This document shows, in pieces, positions 24,315-34,779 of a DNA stretch of 64,000 nucleotides. The position numbers and the translations under genes are program-made. The stretch lies in assembly GCA_943788985.1 (NCBI GenBank), contig CALSSJ010000030.1:63769-127768 (forward strand). The letters run 5' to 3'. The DNA comes from an uncultured Lentisphaerales bacterium (GTDB lineage: Bacteria > Verrucomicrobiota > Lentisphaeria > JABSQK01 > UBA12247). The number at the start of each line of letters is the position of its first letter. Positions within the stretch are counted from its first letter, which is position 1. A model generated the notes under the pieces. It saw only the letters and a list, made by a program, of their open reading frames with translations, was not told the origin of the DNA and did no database searches.

Positions 24315-25006
24315 GCGTTACCTCCGGAAATAGCGAGTTTGATGCCCGGCCCCATTGTCGAAGACAGTGTACAGGACAATAGATATTGCCCCTTGATCGT
24401 CTCCGGCTTTGCGCGCCGAACTTCATTTACAACCACTTCTGTATTGGCGACGAGTGCTTCCGCTGTGAATGATACCTTGCCCACCGGCACATGCACGCAA
24501 CCTGTACGATCGGCCCGGTACTCAACGCGACCTTTCTTGGCCTCGCTGACTGCCGCTGCTGGATCATCGGTTACAGTTCCAGTGCGAGGATTAGGCATCA
24601 GGCCACGTGGACCGAGTACACGGCCCAACGTACGCACCTTTTGCATCGTCTGCGGTGTCGCGATCATCACGTCGAACTCGAGCCAACCGCCCTTGATGCG
24701 CTCAAGAACGTCCTCGTAGCCGACCAAGTCAGCGCCAGCAGCTTCTGCAGCAGCAGCCGTATCACCAGTGGCGATCACGACAACCTTAACGTCCTTTCCG
24801 GTACCATGCGGCAGCGAAACTGCGCCGCGGACGGTTTGATCACCCTGACGAGGATCAATGCCCAAACGAAATGCAATATCCACTGTTTCGTCAAACTTCG
24901 CCGCTGGAAGCGACTTCAGGGTGTCGACTGCTTCCTGCAGCGCGTAGGTCCGCGTGCGGTCCACTTGCGACAACGCCTTCTTTAGTCTTTTTCCTCGCTT
25001 AGCCAT
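24311..25006 (-). CDS. rplA: 50S ribosomal protein L1
   Basis: [37 protein letters not shown]; start MAKRGK at 25006. Confidence 0.98.
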   Translation of the reverse strand: MAKRGKRLKKALSQVDRTRTYALQEAVDTLKSLPAAKFDETVDIAFRLGIDPRQGDQTVRGAVSLPHGTGKDVKVVVIATGDTAAAAEAAGADLVGYEDVLERIKGGWLEFDVMIATPQTMQKVRTLGRVLGPRGLMPNPRTGTVTDDPAAAVSEAKKGRVEYRADRTGCVHVPVGKVSFTAEALVANTEVVVNEVRRAKPETIKGQYLLSCTLSSTMGPGIKLAISGGNA

Positions 25007-25427
25007 CGACCACCTCAATTCCCATGCTGCGCGCGGTGCCAGCAATGATTCGAATAGCCGCTTCATCATCACGGGCGTTCAAGTCGTTCATCTTCATCTT
25101 CGCAATCTCCAAAGCTTGGTCCCGCGTGACTTTGCCAACGAGCTCGCGTCCGGGGTGATTCGCACCGGATGCAAGCTGCGCCGCTTTTTTCAGCAGGATT
25201 GCAGCAGGGGGAGATTTTGTAATGAAGGTGAAGGAACGATCTTGATACACCGTGATAACCACGGGCACGATCATGCCAGGATCACCCTGGGTCGCAGCAT
25301 TGAATTGCTTACAAAATTCCATGATATTGACACCTGCCTGGCCCAATGCCGGACCAACTGGTGGTGCCGGATTGGCCTGACCGGCCGGAATCTGCAAACG
25401 GATCTCGGCTGTTACCTTTTTTGCCAT
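24999..25427 (-). CDS. rplK: 50S ribosomal protein L11
   Basis: [35 protein letters not shown]. Confidence 0.98.
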   Translation of the reverse strand: MAKKVTAEIRLQIPAGQANPAPPVGPALGQAGVNIMEFCKQFNAATQGDPGMIVPVVITVYQDRSFTFITKSPPAAILLKKAAQLASGANHPGRELVGKVTRDQALEIAKMKMNDLNARDDEAAIRIIAGTARSMGIEVVDG

Positions 25428-25446
25428 AACAACCCTTCTTGTTCGG

Positions 25447-25479
25447 GCGTGGTACAAAGGGACAGACCTTCTCCCACGC
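25447..25479 (-). promoter_or_regulatory. Probable L1-binding autoregulatory leader upstream of rplK
   Basis: Minus strand GCGTGG-GAG-AAGG-tctgtc-CCTT-TGTA-CCACGC: two helices separated by an asymmetric internal loop with the GTGGGAG...ACCAC signature of L1 mRNA targets. Confidence 0.7.
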
Positions 25480-25499
25480 GTTCAATTAACCGTGGAGTG

Positions 25500-26054
25500 C
25501 TATTCGCGCTCCACCTGCCAGTATTCGACCTCCATCTGCGTGGAACGGCCGAAAATGCTTACGGAAAGGTTCAGACGACCGCGATCGGAATCAATGCTTT
25601 CGATCTTCCCCTCCAGATTTTCGAAGGCGCCGTCGCGAATTTTTACGACCTCGCCCACTTCAAACGCAATGCGAGGACGGCTGTCCTCTTTGCCGCGTTC
25701 AAGCTGATCCAGGATATCCTGAACCTCGTTTTGGCTCAACGGTGCGGGATGGTCGCCGCCAACAAAGCCAATGATGCCATCAGTCTCGTTCAGGAACGAC
25801 CAGACCCGGTCATTGATGGCACGATTTGCATCGTAAAGCTCCGTCTGGACAAAGATGTATCCGGGATAGAACTTGCGGTTGATGGTCATCTTCCGCCCCA
25901 GCTTCACCTCAGTGACGCGCTCTAGTGGCACCAAGACGTTGTGAATCACCTCGTCTAGCTCGGCTTGCGCCAGGCGCTTTTCGATACTATCGCGAATCTT
26001 CATCTCCGACCCGGAGAGAGTCTGCAAGACGTACCAATCATCTAGTCTATCCAT
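25500..26054 (-). CDS. nusG: Transcription termination/antitermination factor NusG
   Basis: WYVLQTLSG.E, KFYPGYIFV, KOW motif VKIRDGAF, SIFGRST; ATG at 26054. Confidence 0.97.
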   Translation of the reverse strand: MDRLDDWYVLQTLSGSEMKIRDSIEKRLAQAELDEVIHNVLVPLERVTEVKLGRKMTINRKFYPGYIFVQTELYDANRAINDRVWSFLNETDGIIGFVGGDHPAPLSQNEVQDILDQLERGKEDSRPRIAFEVGEVVKIRDGAFENLEGKIESIDSDRGRLNLSVSIFGRSTQMEVEYWQVERE

Positions 26055-26082
26055 GCTATCAATATCCTTGAGTAGACCGAGT

Positions 26083-26277
26083 CTACAGAACAACCTTTTT
26101 GATGATCTCTTGCAGCACCGTGTCAACACCGAGAATAAAGAGCGTGAGAATCGCCATGGTGACTACCACTATGAGGGTTTGCTCGCGGAGATTTCTCTTC
26201 TCCGGCCAGTTACACTTCTTGACTTCCTCCATGACTTCATGGAAGTAGTTCTGAATGCCCCGTATTGGATTTGCCAT
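26083..26277 (-). CDS. secE: Preprotein translocase SecE
   Basis: EVKKCNWP followed by one TM segment; canonical position upstream of nusG. Confidence 0.93.
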   Translation of the reverse strand: MANPIRGIQNYFHEVMEEVKKCNWPEKRNLREQTLIVVVTMAILTLFILGVDTVLQEIIKKVVL

Positions 26278-26300
26278 AATAATTTATTCCGTGCTAAAAA

Positions 26301-26376
26301 TGGCAGGTGAGACAGGACTCGAACCTGCGACCGGCGGATTTGGAGTCCGCTGCTCTACCAACTGAGCTACTCACCT
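26301..26376 (-). tRNA. tRNA-Trp (CCA)
   Basis: AGGTGAG/CTCACCT acceptor stem, anticodon loop CT-CCA-AA, GGTTCGAGTCC T-arm, encoded CCA end, 76 nt. Confidence 0.97.
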
Positions 26377-26483
26377 GCTTACAAGCTCTTGATCGACCTC
26401 GCGATCTCTCGGCGCAACAGAACCCGGGCATCCACAGAAGCTGCGCATGCCCAGGCCCCGGTCATTCAGATTACTAGATCTGC

Positions 26484-27654
26484 CTAGTCAACGATCTCTG
26501 CCACGCGTCCTGCTCCGACAGTACGTCCACCCTCGCGAATCGCGAAGCGCAGCGTCTGCTTCCATGGCAATCGGGGCAATCAGCTCGACGACCATCGAGA
26601 CATTGTCACCAGGCATCACCATCTCACGTCCCTCAGGAAGTTCACAATCCGGTCACATCCGTCGTACGGAAGTAGAACTGCGGACGGTAGCCTTGAAGAA
26701 CGGCGTGTGACGGCCACCTTCTTCCTTGGTCAGGACGTAGACCTCAGCCTTGAACTTGGTGTGCGGCGTCATCGACCCGGCTTGCAGAGCACCTGGCCAC
26801 GCTCGACATCTTCCTTCTTGTCCCACGGAGCAGGCAGCCGACGTTGTCGCCTGCACGACCTTCGTCAAGAGCTTGCGGAACATCTCGACACCAGTACAGG
26901 TGGTCTTCTGGTGTCGTCGAATACCGACGATCTCGACTCTTCGCCACTCTTGACGATGCCACGCTCGATACGACCAGTGCAACCGTGCCACGACCGTCGA
27001 TCGAGAACACGTCCTCAATCGGCATCAGGAAATGGCTGGTCCACGTCGCGCTCGGGCTCAGGGATGTACTGTCGACTGCTCCATCAGCTTGAGAATGCGG
27101 CCGTCACTTCGGATCATCACCTTCGAGCAGCCTTGAGCGCAGACCCTGACGATCGGAATGTCATCGCCGGGAAATCGTACTCGCTGAGCAGCTCACGACT
27201 TCCATCTCGACCAGCTCGAGGAGCTCTTCGTCGTCGACCTGGTCAGCCTTGTTAAGGAAACAACGATGGCAGGCACACCAACCTGACGAGCGAGCAGGAT
27301 GTGCTCACGAGTCTGCGGCATGGGCCGTCGGCTGCGCAACCACGAGGATCGCGCCGTCCATCTGGGCAGCACCAGTGATCATGTTCTTGACGTAGTCAGC
27401 GTGACCTGGGCAGTCCACGTGAGCGTAGTGACGAGCTTCGGTCTCGTACTCAACGTGAGACGTGTCGATGGTGATACCGCGCTCCTTCTCTTCGGGAGCC
27501 TTGTCGATCTCGTCGTAACTGCGCTACTCAGCCACCCTTCGTCTGCCATGGTCCTGGTGATCGCTGCGGTCAACGTCGTCTTACCATGGTCGACGTGACC
27601 AATGGTGCCGACTTTACAGTGCGGCTTCGTTCGCTCGAAATTTTCCTTTGCCAT
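26484..27654 (-). CDS. tuf: Elongation factor Tu, broken by many small deletions (likely assembly error)
   Basis: [42 protein letters not shown] and terminal [11 protein letters not shown] appear in different frames. The 1171-nt span is shorter than an intact tuf. Confidence 0.93.
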
Positions 27655-27730
27655 GCTGTTCCTCCGGAATGGTGCGATTAGGGTTGCAAGTGGTGGATGC
27701 CGCTCAGGAAGAGCGGCGGTTGATTTTAGG

Positions 27731-27806
<76 letters not shown>

Positions 27807-27834
27807 CGCCATTTTGGACGCAGAGAAAGCGGCA

Positions 27835-27863
27835 AACCTAGGCACTTGCCACTATCTATGCAA
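27835..27863 (-). promoter_or_regulatory. Sigma70-type promoter for the tRNA-Thr/tuf operon
   Basis: TTGCAT-N17-TAGGTT, with an AT-rich upstream tract and a GC-rich discriminator (TGCCGC). Confidence 0.6.
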
Positions 27864-27903
27864 GTCTAAAACCGCAAAGATAAAGAATTTACTTATACTT
27901 TTC

Positions 27904-29628
27904 TCAAGCGTCGTGGGACTTGCCGAAGAAATCTTCCATAGAACCGAGGTCGGTTCCTGGCTTGAGATCGGGAGCGCGATTTACCTGTTGACTGGCGGCA
28001 CGACCAGGCTTCAAGCTCAGGCCCACGCGACGTTCATTGGTGTCGACCTTGATCACCCGCGCATCAATCTCGGACCCGACTTCCAGGACGTCCTTGATCT
28101 TGTCGACTCGATCATCGCTGATCTGCGAGACGTGAATCAAGCCATCGATGTCGTGCTCAAGCGTGACGAATGCGCCAAAGCTCGTGACCTTGGTCACAGT
28201 GCCCTTGACCATCTGGTCGAGCTTAAAGTACTCTTCGATATTGGACCATGGATCCGTAGTCAACTGCTTGATCCCGAGCGAAATGCGACGCTGATCTGCG
28301 TCCACGTTCAACACGATAGCCTCGACCTCCTCGCCCTTCTTGACCATCTCAGCAGGATTATTGATCTTCCGCGTCCAAGACATATCGGAGACATGAACCA
28401 TGCCGTCAATCTCTGGCTGGATCTCGACGAAGGCGCCATACGAAGTCATGTTGCGCACGCGACCGGCTACGCGACTCCCTGGCGGGTACTTGCGAGCAAC
28501 CACTTCCCACGGATTCTCCATGGTCTGGCGAAGGCCAAGCGAGATCTTCTTCTGCTGCTTCTGGATCTCCAGAACCACAACTTCAATCTCTTCATTAACC
28601 TGCAGGACATCGCTGGCGCGAGTTACGCGACGCGTCCAAGACATTTCTGAAACGTGAACCAGGCCTTCGATGCCTTCCTCGATCTCCACGAAGGCACCAT
28701 AGGGCATCACATTGACCACGCGGCCCTTGATCCGAGTGTTCCGGATCGGGTAGCTGCCCGTCCACGGCTCTCCCACGGGTCTGCGCTCTTCTGCTTGAGC
28801 CCCAGTGCTGACGCGCTCCTTCTCGCGGTCCACGTCGAGGATCACTGCTCTCCACTTCGTCGCCGATCGTTTAGACCACCTCGGACGGGTGCGCAATCCG
28901 GCCCCAGGACATATCCGTGATGTGCAGCAGAGCCATCCAGGCCCGCTGAGGTCGATGAAGGCGCCAAAGTCGGTGATGTTCTTGACCTCGCCCTTGACGC
29001 AACTGCCCGGGCAGGATGTCGGCCATGAATGGCGGAGCGCTGGCGTGCCTTCTCTTCTTCGAGCAACTCGCGGCGCGACACCACAATGTTCCGGCGCTCG
29101 TTGATTCACTCTTCAGAATCTTCAGGCTGCAGGTCAGTGGCCGACGAGCTCGTCCAGATTGCGAACAGGGCCCAGGTCGACCTGTGATCCGGGAAGGAAC
29201 GCATCCACACCCACATCCACAATCAAACCGCCCTTGACGCGATACTTGGCATTGCCCGTAAGCACCGCACCTTCAACGTTCTCTTTAACAAACTTGTCCC
29301 AGCGATCCTGCTGGATAGCGCGCTCAATACTCAGCAGCGGCATGCCGTACTCTTCGTCTTCGAGAGTCACGAGCATTGCCCGTGCCTCCTGACCTACCTC
29401 GATCAGAGTAAAGTCTTCATACTCTTCACGTGGAATGATGCCCTCGGCCTTGTAGCCGAAATCAACGACAACCCCAGAATCACGCTTCTCAACTATCTTG
29501 CCCGTAAGGATCTTACCTTCGCCATAGTCAGCAGACTTATCTTCACCTAGAAGATCGTCCATGCTAGGCAGATCGCTTAGGTCTACAAAAATGGGTGGCT
29601 GGTTCGGGGCAATTGCGTGGGTTGACAT
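27904..29628 (-). CDS. rpsA: 30S ribosomal protein S1 (frameshifts at about 28750-29140, likely errors)
   Basis: Multiple S1 repeats (AFLPGSQVD, NITDFGAFIDL, YGAFVE...GLVHVSEMSW); ATG at 29628 with a GAGGA SD. Confidence 0.95.
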
Positions 29629-29842
29629 GAAGTTCCTCGGTGAAACAGATACGGACGGAATACACTTGCGCCACATGGCGGAAGCAAAGCTGGGTAACTT
29701 GCGAGGGTCCGCCTTGGAGTCAACAACATTCTGCAGAATGTGCGCTGCCAACCCGCCTGAAGGCACGATTCCCTTGAGCGCAATCCGAGCGTAATTGGAG
29801 ACCAAGCCGGGCTTCCAGCCGTAGCCCCGCGACCGAGGACTA

Positions 29843-32800
29843 CTATTTCGCCTGCTGGCGCAGGAGTTGCTCGCCCAGGTTGAACAGGCCGCCGCGAAGG
29901 GCACGATTCTTCTTCTTTTTCTGCTGTTCTTGCTGTCGCTTCTTCTCCTCTTCGGTCAGCGGGACTGCATCAGCCTTGTCCCTCACAACTGTCGCTGCAG
30001 GCGCCTCCGGCGTGGGCTGCGCGCCGCCCCCCAGCAGGCCGCCTAAAATTCCTTGAATGGCCGCACCGCTGCCCGCCTTCTCCCCGCTAGCCTTATCCTC
30101 CGCGCCGCTGTCTGGCATCACAGCGTTGAGCAATCCCTTGAGGCCTCCCCCATCGCCCTTGTCACTTCCACCTCCGGTGAATAGATTCAGGATTGCACCA
30201 TTGGGCACCCAACTAAGGACGCCCTTGCCCACCGTCCCCCAGTTCTTGGAGATCGTCAGTGGTGGCGCGTACTCGTAGCCGTCGCCGTTATTGGTCAGGC
30301 TAATCTGATTAGCCTTCATATTCCGCGCGAGGCTATTCTTGGCACCAAGTTCAAGCTTCATCTCAGGCGCCCAAGTGGCCATCGACATCGCTCCGGATAG
30401 TCCGAGCAACATACTGTTGCCATGCACAGATACGGGCTGCAAATTCAGCTGGCCATCTTTTGTCGACAGCACGGCCTTCCCACCGATAAAATCAAAGTCA
30501 TCCCACGACAAACCAATCAGAGGCAGCGCTGCAGCAACCATCGTAGAAGTTCCGCTCCCCGGGCCAATCTTCAACTTGTCGACATCCAACGTCAGATTAC
30601 TGACCAGCTGGTCACGAATCTCTTCCCAGCCGCTACCAGCTCCCTTGGCATCCACCTTAAGCGTGTTCAACGAACCAGTTAGGGCCACCGGCAGCTTTGG
30701 CGCAAACGTGCTCAGGACAGGAGCCAGATCCAGCGCATCAAGCGAAACGTTGGCGGCAAACGGCGATGTCTTATCCTTGAGGTTCGCGGCGCCGGTCACG
30801 GAAAGTGGTGAGCCATTGAGCTTGGCGTTGCATTTCGTGAGCTTCGCCTCTCCATCCTTCACGGAAGCCGCGATATCCAGGCCCGTGATTTGAAGGTCAC
30901 CATACGTAGCATGCTTCACATCAGCGGTAGCCTCCACCCAAATATTCGGCAGCTCCGGTGCTGCGTCCTCCACATCCTCGCTTACCTCTTCGTCCTCGGC
31001 CTGCTCGTTCGCCTGCCACAACTTCGACAGCGCCATGGCGTCCACTGGTGTCGGCACAGAAACTTGTAAGGTGGACTTCTTGGCCTGCGTCCCTGCCTCG
31101 GCAGGCAAGAAGAGCTGGCCAATCACGTTTACATTGACCGGTTGCAGATCATCGGCACGCACAATCAGCGATAGTTCGGGAGCCAGGCTACCGCCATCAA
31201 AAGTCGTGTGGTAAGTTAAGGTAAGCGCAGGCTTCCCTTTCACCTGCCCCTGGGGAAAGTTCGCCTTGACGCCGCTCACCGCCAGCTTCCCGGAAGTTGA
31301 GACACTTAGCTTCTCCAAGTCCTCCACACGAGCGATCCCCTCTACGCCAATCATGGCGTCGACATCAAGCCCTTCCGGCAGCACGCCGCGCAAAGCAGCC
31401 AAACTCTGCACATTCACCCTGTACGCCGGCTCTAGTGCTTCCTGCAGCTTGAACCCTTGGAGTGAAGCAACAACGTCCGTCCCCTGAACCGTGGCACTGA
31501 TGTCTTTGCCAAGCGCACAGGCGACCACGTAAGACGAGACAGTGATGGTTTCCTCACCTAGACTGCCCTCAGCCTTCACCTGGATATCCAGCAATTCCTT
31601 CACTTGCCCACTCACAATGCTGCTGACATTCAAGCCTTTAACGCTAAGCGCCAGCACCGCTTTCTCCCCCACTTTAGCATCCCACAGTCACCATTGGCTC
31701 GCCAAGATCCTGCCCAGCAATCCCGCCGGCAATCTTGGCAAACTTAGGCTTGGTCGCAGCTTGCAACGTCAGTGTAGATTGCGCGGGGTCCTCGAGATCG
31801 ATACGGCCCGCTACATTCGCGGTCAGCACCTCTCCCTTGCCCACACGCAAGGTGCAGCCCCCCTGCTTAACCACTGCCGTCAGCGGCAGCCCCGCAGCCG
31901 ACCAGTCTGGGATCTCCGCGCGAACGTCCAACATCGAGCCCGACATTGCTGAATACCTCGCCCTGTGCTTTGAGGATGCCCTTCTCGAAGCGGATCCCCG
32001 CGTTCACAGCTTCCTTCCCCTTCAATTCGACATGCGCATTGAGCATCCCCGCTGCGATCGAAAACGTCTCGTCATTCGGAAGAAACGACTTGGCAAGCGC
32101 GATATCAAAGCCAAATAGCGCTGCGCTGAGGGTGTGCATCGGGTATCCCTGGTGCATTCAGATCCAGACTTAGCGGCTTCTTCAACTCGACCTTCACCAG
32201 CGGCATCGCGTCCGCTGCCTGCACTGTCAGCGCCAGCGAATCCACAGTGACGGCAGACAGCCCCGTCAAGCTTGCGCCGCTGGTCAACGTTAGTGTGTAC
32301 TTGGGCGGTTCCACCCCTGGCGCCTCGATCACCAAGTCGCGAATCGTCAGGGCCAGATCGAGCACAATCTCCTCCAAAGAATCGCTTACCCTGCCCTTTT
32401 CGGTCTGCTCTAGCTCGCCGCGGACCGTTGTCGTGCCATCGGTAAACTCAAATCCTGCCCGTACCACGACCTCAAAATCACTCCCGGTCGCGATCTGCGC
32501 AGACTCAATGGAGAGGTCTCTTACCATAATCTTCATCGGGCCATCAATGACCGTTGCATTCACCTCACTGATCATCACGTCCTCGATCAGGATCGCCGGG
32601 ATCCCACCAGCAGAAACGGTTGTGAACTCCGCAGCCGGCGCTGGATCGCTCTTTTTTTTCGCAGCAGCGAGGTCGTACACCAAGTCCACGCCAATAATGT
32701 GCAAGCGCGTCACCTCAACCTGCTGTTGGGTGACAAACGCTACCGCGTTGTAACGAAGGTCAATCTTCTTGGCAGTCAACAGCGAGTCGCCCACCTTCAG

Positions 32801-33025
32801 GCCAGCAAAGCCAATGTGAGATAACGCGGTGAACTCGATTGACTCCGCTTCGATTGGCTGCCCAAGTGCGTCAGCCGCGACCGGCAGCACGTGCGTGCGA
32901 ATAAATGCGCCCCGGTTGACATAAAAATGACCCGCTACAGCGATAACGATCAACAGCACGACCGCAGCAACAGCAAGTTTCAGCAGTGCTCTTACGAATG
33001 TTTTTTTTGGACGATCAGCAGCCAT
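29843..33025 (-). CDS. AsmA-like (repeating beta-groove) envelope protein, split by about three frameshifts
   Basis: N-terminal TM anchor plus ADALGQPI, long beta-rich body, AsmA-type C-terminal region. ORFs 32105-33025, 31867-32157, 31674-31946 and 29843-31672 join end to end. Confidence 0.7.
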
Positions 33026-33036
33026 ATCTTTGATCC

Positions 33037-34779
33037 TTAATTTTTTTGTTCATGTACCGGCCCATCAGCCACTGGACTCGGTGCCTGGGTTTGCGGAGTC
33101 CGCAAACGGCCTGGAACGCTCCACAGCGTAATCTCACGGTTCGCCAGTGTTGCGATACCACCATCCGGGTGAAACGCAACATCCTCGATCTCGCCACTGG
33201 CGACCTTGCCCAGCACATCCCCTTCCACGGCGTGAATCACGAGCTCTCCGCGATGATATACCACGATCTGCCGGCCGTCCTGCGAAGTTCGCACCATCGA
33301 CCACGGACCCCGCAGTTCCTTGATCAGCTCGCCATCCTGGGCAGAATAGATGCGTAGCACATCCGTATGTTCCACGGCTTCAACCGCGACCGCTGTATTC
33401 CCGGCAAACCACATGCGCCGCACCAGGCCGTTCAGAGGAACCCGCGCGAGTTCGTCGCCTGATTCCGCGTCATAGGTCTGCAGCGTCCGATCTGCGATCA
33501 CCGCAGCAATCTTGCTATTAGCACTCATCTCCAAAAAGCGAAAGTCCAGGTGCTGCAACGAGCCTGGTGGTACCGGTGCGGGCTCCGGAGCACACCGTTT
33601 TTCGGTAGGCTCTTCTTCGTCAGAGGCGTACACCCAGCGCGCCTGCTCAGTGCTCGCAACCAACAGGCTCTCCTCGAACGAAAGCGTCGCCTTATTGGGG
33701 GCGCTCCGGTAGTGCCCGACTGGCTTGAACCATGCACCGTAGTAGCTGCGAACTCCGCAAAGCCTGGCAAGCATCCGCGCAAGACGGACCTCCGCTTCGT
33801 CATCCCCCTCAGGTGGTTCCTTGGCTGCCTCAATGAGCACAGTTCCGGCAGCATCCCAGTCCTTCGCATCAATCGCAGCCTGCGCCTGCAACAGGGCCTC
33901 CCAGTACGCTGCGCGGTCTCGCAGCTCCAAGAGTACGGCGTCTGCTGGCGCCAGTTGCAGGGCTTGATCGGCCGCCATGCGCGCAGTCTCCCAGTCTTCT
34001 TTCATGGCAGAGCGGTATGCGCTTTGGGCGTGGATCGTGAAGAGCGCCTCATTGCAGAGCTCACGCGCCGGGTGCGACAAGGGCGAAAGCGCCAGCGCGG
34101 CCGAGGCATAGCGATGCGCTTCCTTCCAATTTTGATTGGCGGCCTCTTCCTTGGCGATGGTCAGCGGCACCAAATGCATCACCCGCCTGTCGCCCGTGAG
34201 GGCAGCGATCAACTTGCCGGTTTCTTCCGCCTCCTCCCAGCTTCTGGCGGCCAACTGCCCCTGCAACTCGCGCTCCATAATATCGCGCAGTGATTTCTGC
34301 ATAGTGCGACTGTCTTCGCTCGGGAAGCTGTGGGTCAACTCCGACAATGCCGCCAGCGAGTCTGAATCTCCACGTTCCACTGCCGCGACCAGCCTCTTCC
34401 GGTATTGATCGCTCTGGACCAGAAAGCGCAGCCCCCCGATTGCATAGCGCCCCGGAATGAGCGGCGCACGCGGGACCCATTCGATCATTTCCGGCTGGCC
34501 TTTAACCGGCCGTGCACGGCAGAGCACCGGCGCCGCGCCAGCTTGGCGTTGGCTTCGCAGGTCTAGCTCGACCTGCCCTAGGGCCACCCGCTTGCTAAAA
34601 AGAAGAAAGGAGGTGGGAATATGCTCCAAGGCCCGGGAGTCCTCGGTCAGTTCGACCCACTCGCCCGCCTGCTCCGCATAGACTCCGTAAAACTCTGGGC
34701 GATCTCCTGCCGCCGCCGTGACCACGAGCAGGACAACGAGCGTAAGCTTATTCAGCAACAATCTGGACAATGGAGTCAC
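33037..34779 (-). CDS. Exported hypothetical protein with TPR-like helices and a C-terminal beta-propeller-like region
   Basis: Signal peptide; repeated W..A....ALAL.P helices; WD-like ends (VAFHPDG, ITLW). Confidence 0.55.
   Translation of the reverse strand: MTPLSRLLLNKLTLVVLLVVTAAAGDRPEFYGVYAEQAGEWVELTEDSRALEHIPTSFLLFSKRVALGQVELDLRSQRQAGAAPVLCRARPVKGQPEMIEWVPRAPLIPGRYAIGGLRFLVQSDQYRKRLVAAVERGDSDSLAALSELTHSFPSEDSRTMQKSLRDIMERELQGQLAARSWEEAEETGKLIAALTGDRRVMHLVPLTIAKEEAANQNWKEAHRYASAALALSPLSHPARELCNEALFTIHAQSAYRSAMKEDWETARMAADQALQLAPADAVLLELRDRAAYWEALLQAQAAIDAKDWDAAGTVLIEAAKEPPEGDDEAEVRLARMLARLCGVRSYYGAWFKPVGHYRSAPNKATLSFEESLLVASTEQARWVYASDEEEPTEKRCAPEPAPVPPGSLQHLDFRFLEMSANSKIAAVIADRTLQTYDAESGDELARVPLNGLVRRMWFAGNTAVAVEAVEHTDVLRIYSAQDGELIKELRGPWSMVRTSQDGRQIVVYHRGELVIHAVEGDVLGKVASGEIEDVAFHPDGGIATLANREITLWSVPGRLRTPQTQAPSPVADGPVHEQKN

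Noticed and set aside
26377..26483. rpmG (L33), often found between tuf and secE
   Set aside because: Only 107 nt are available and no L33-like reading frame is visible.
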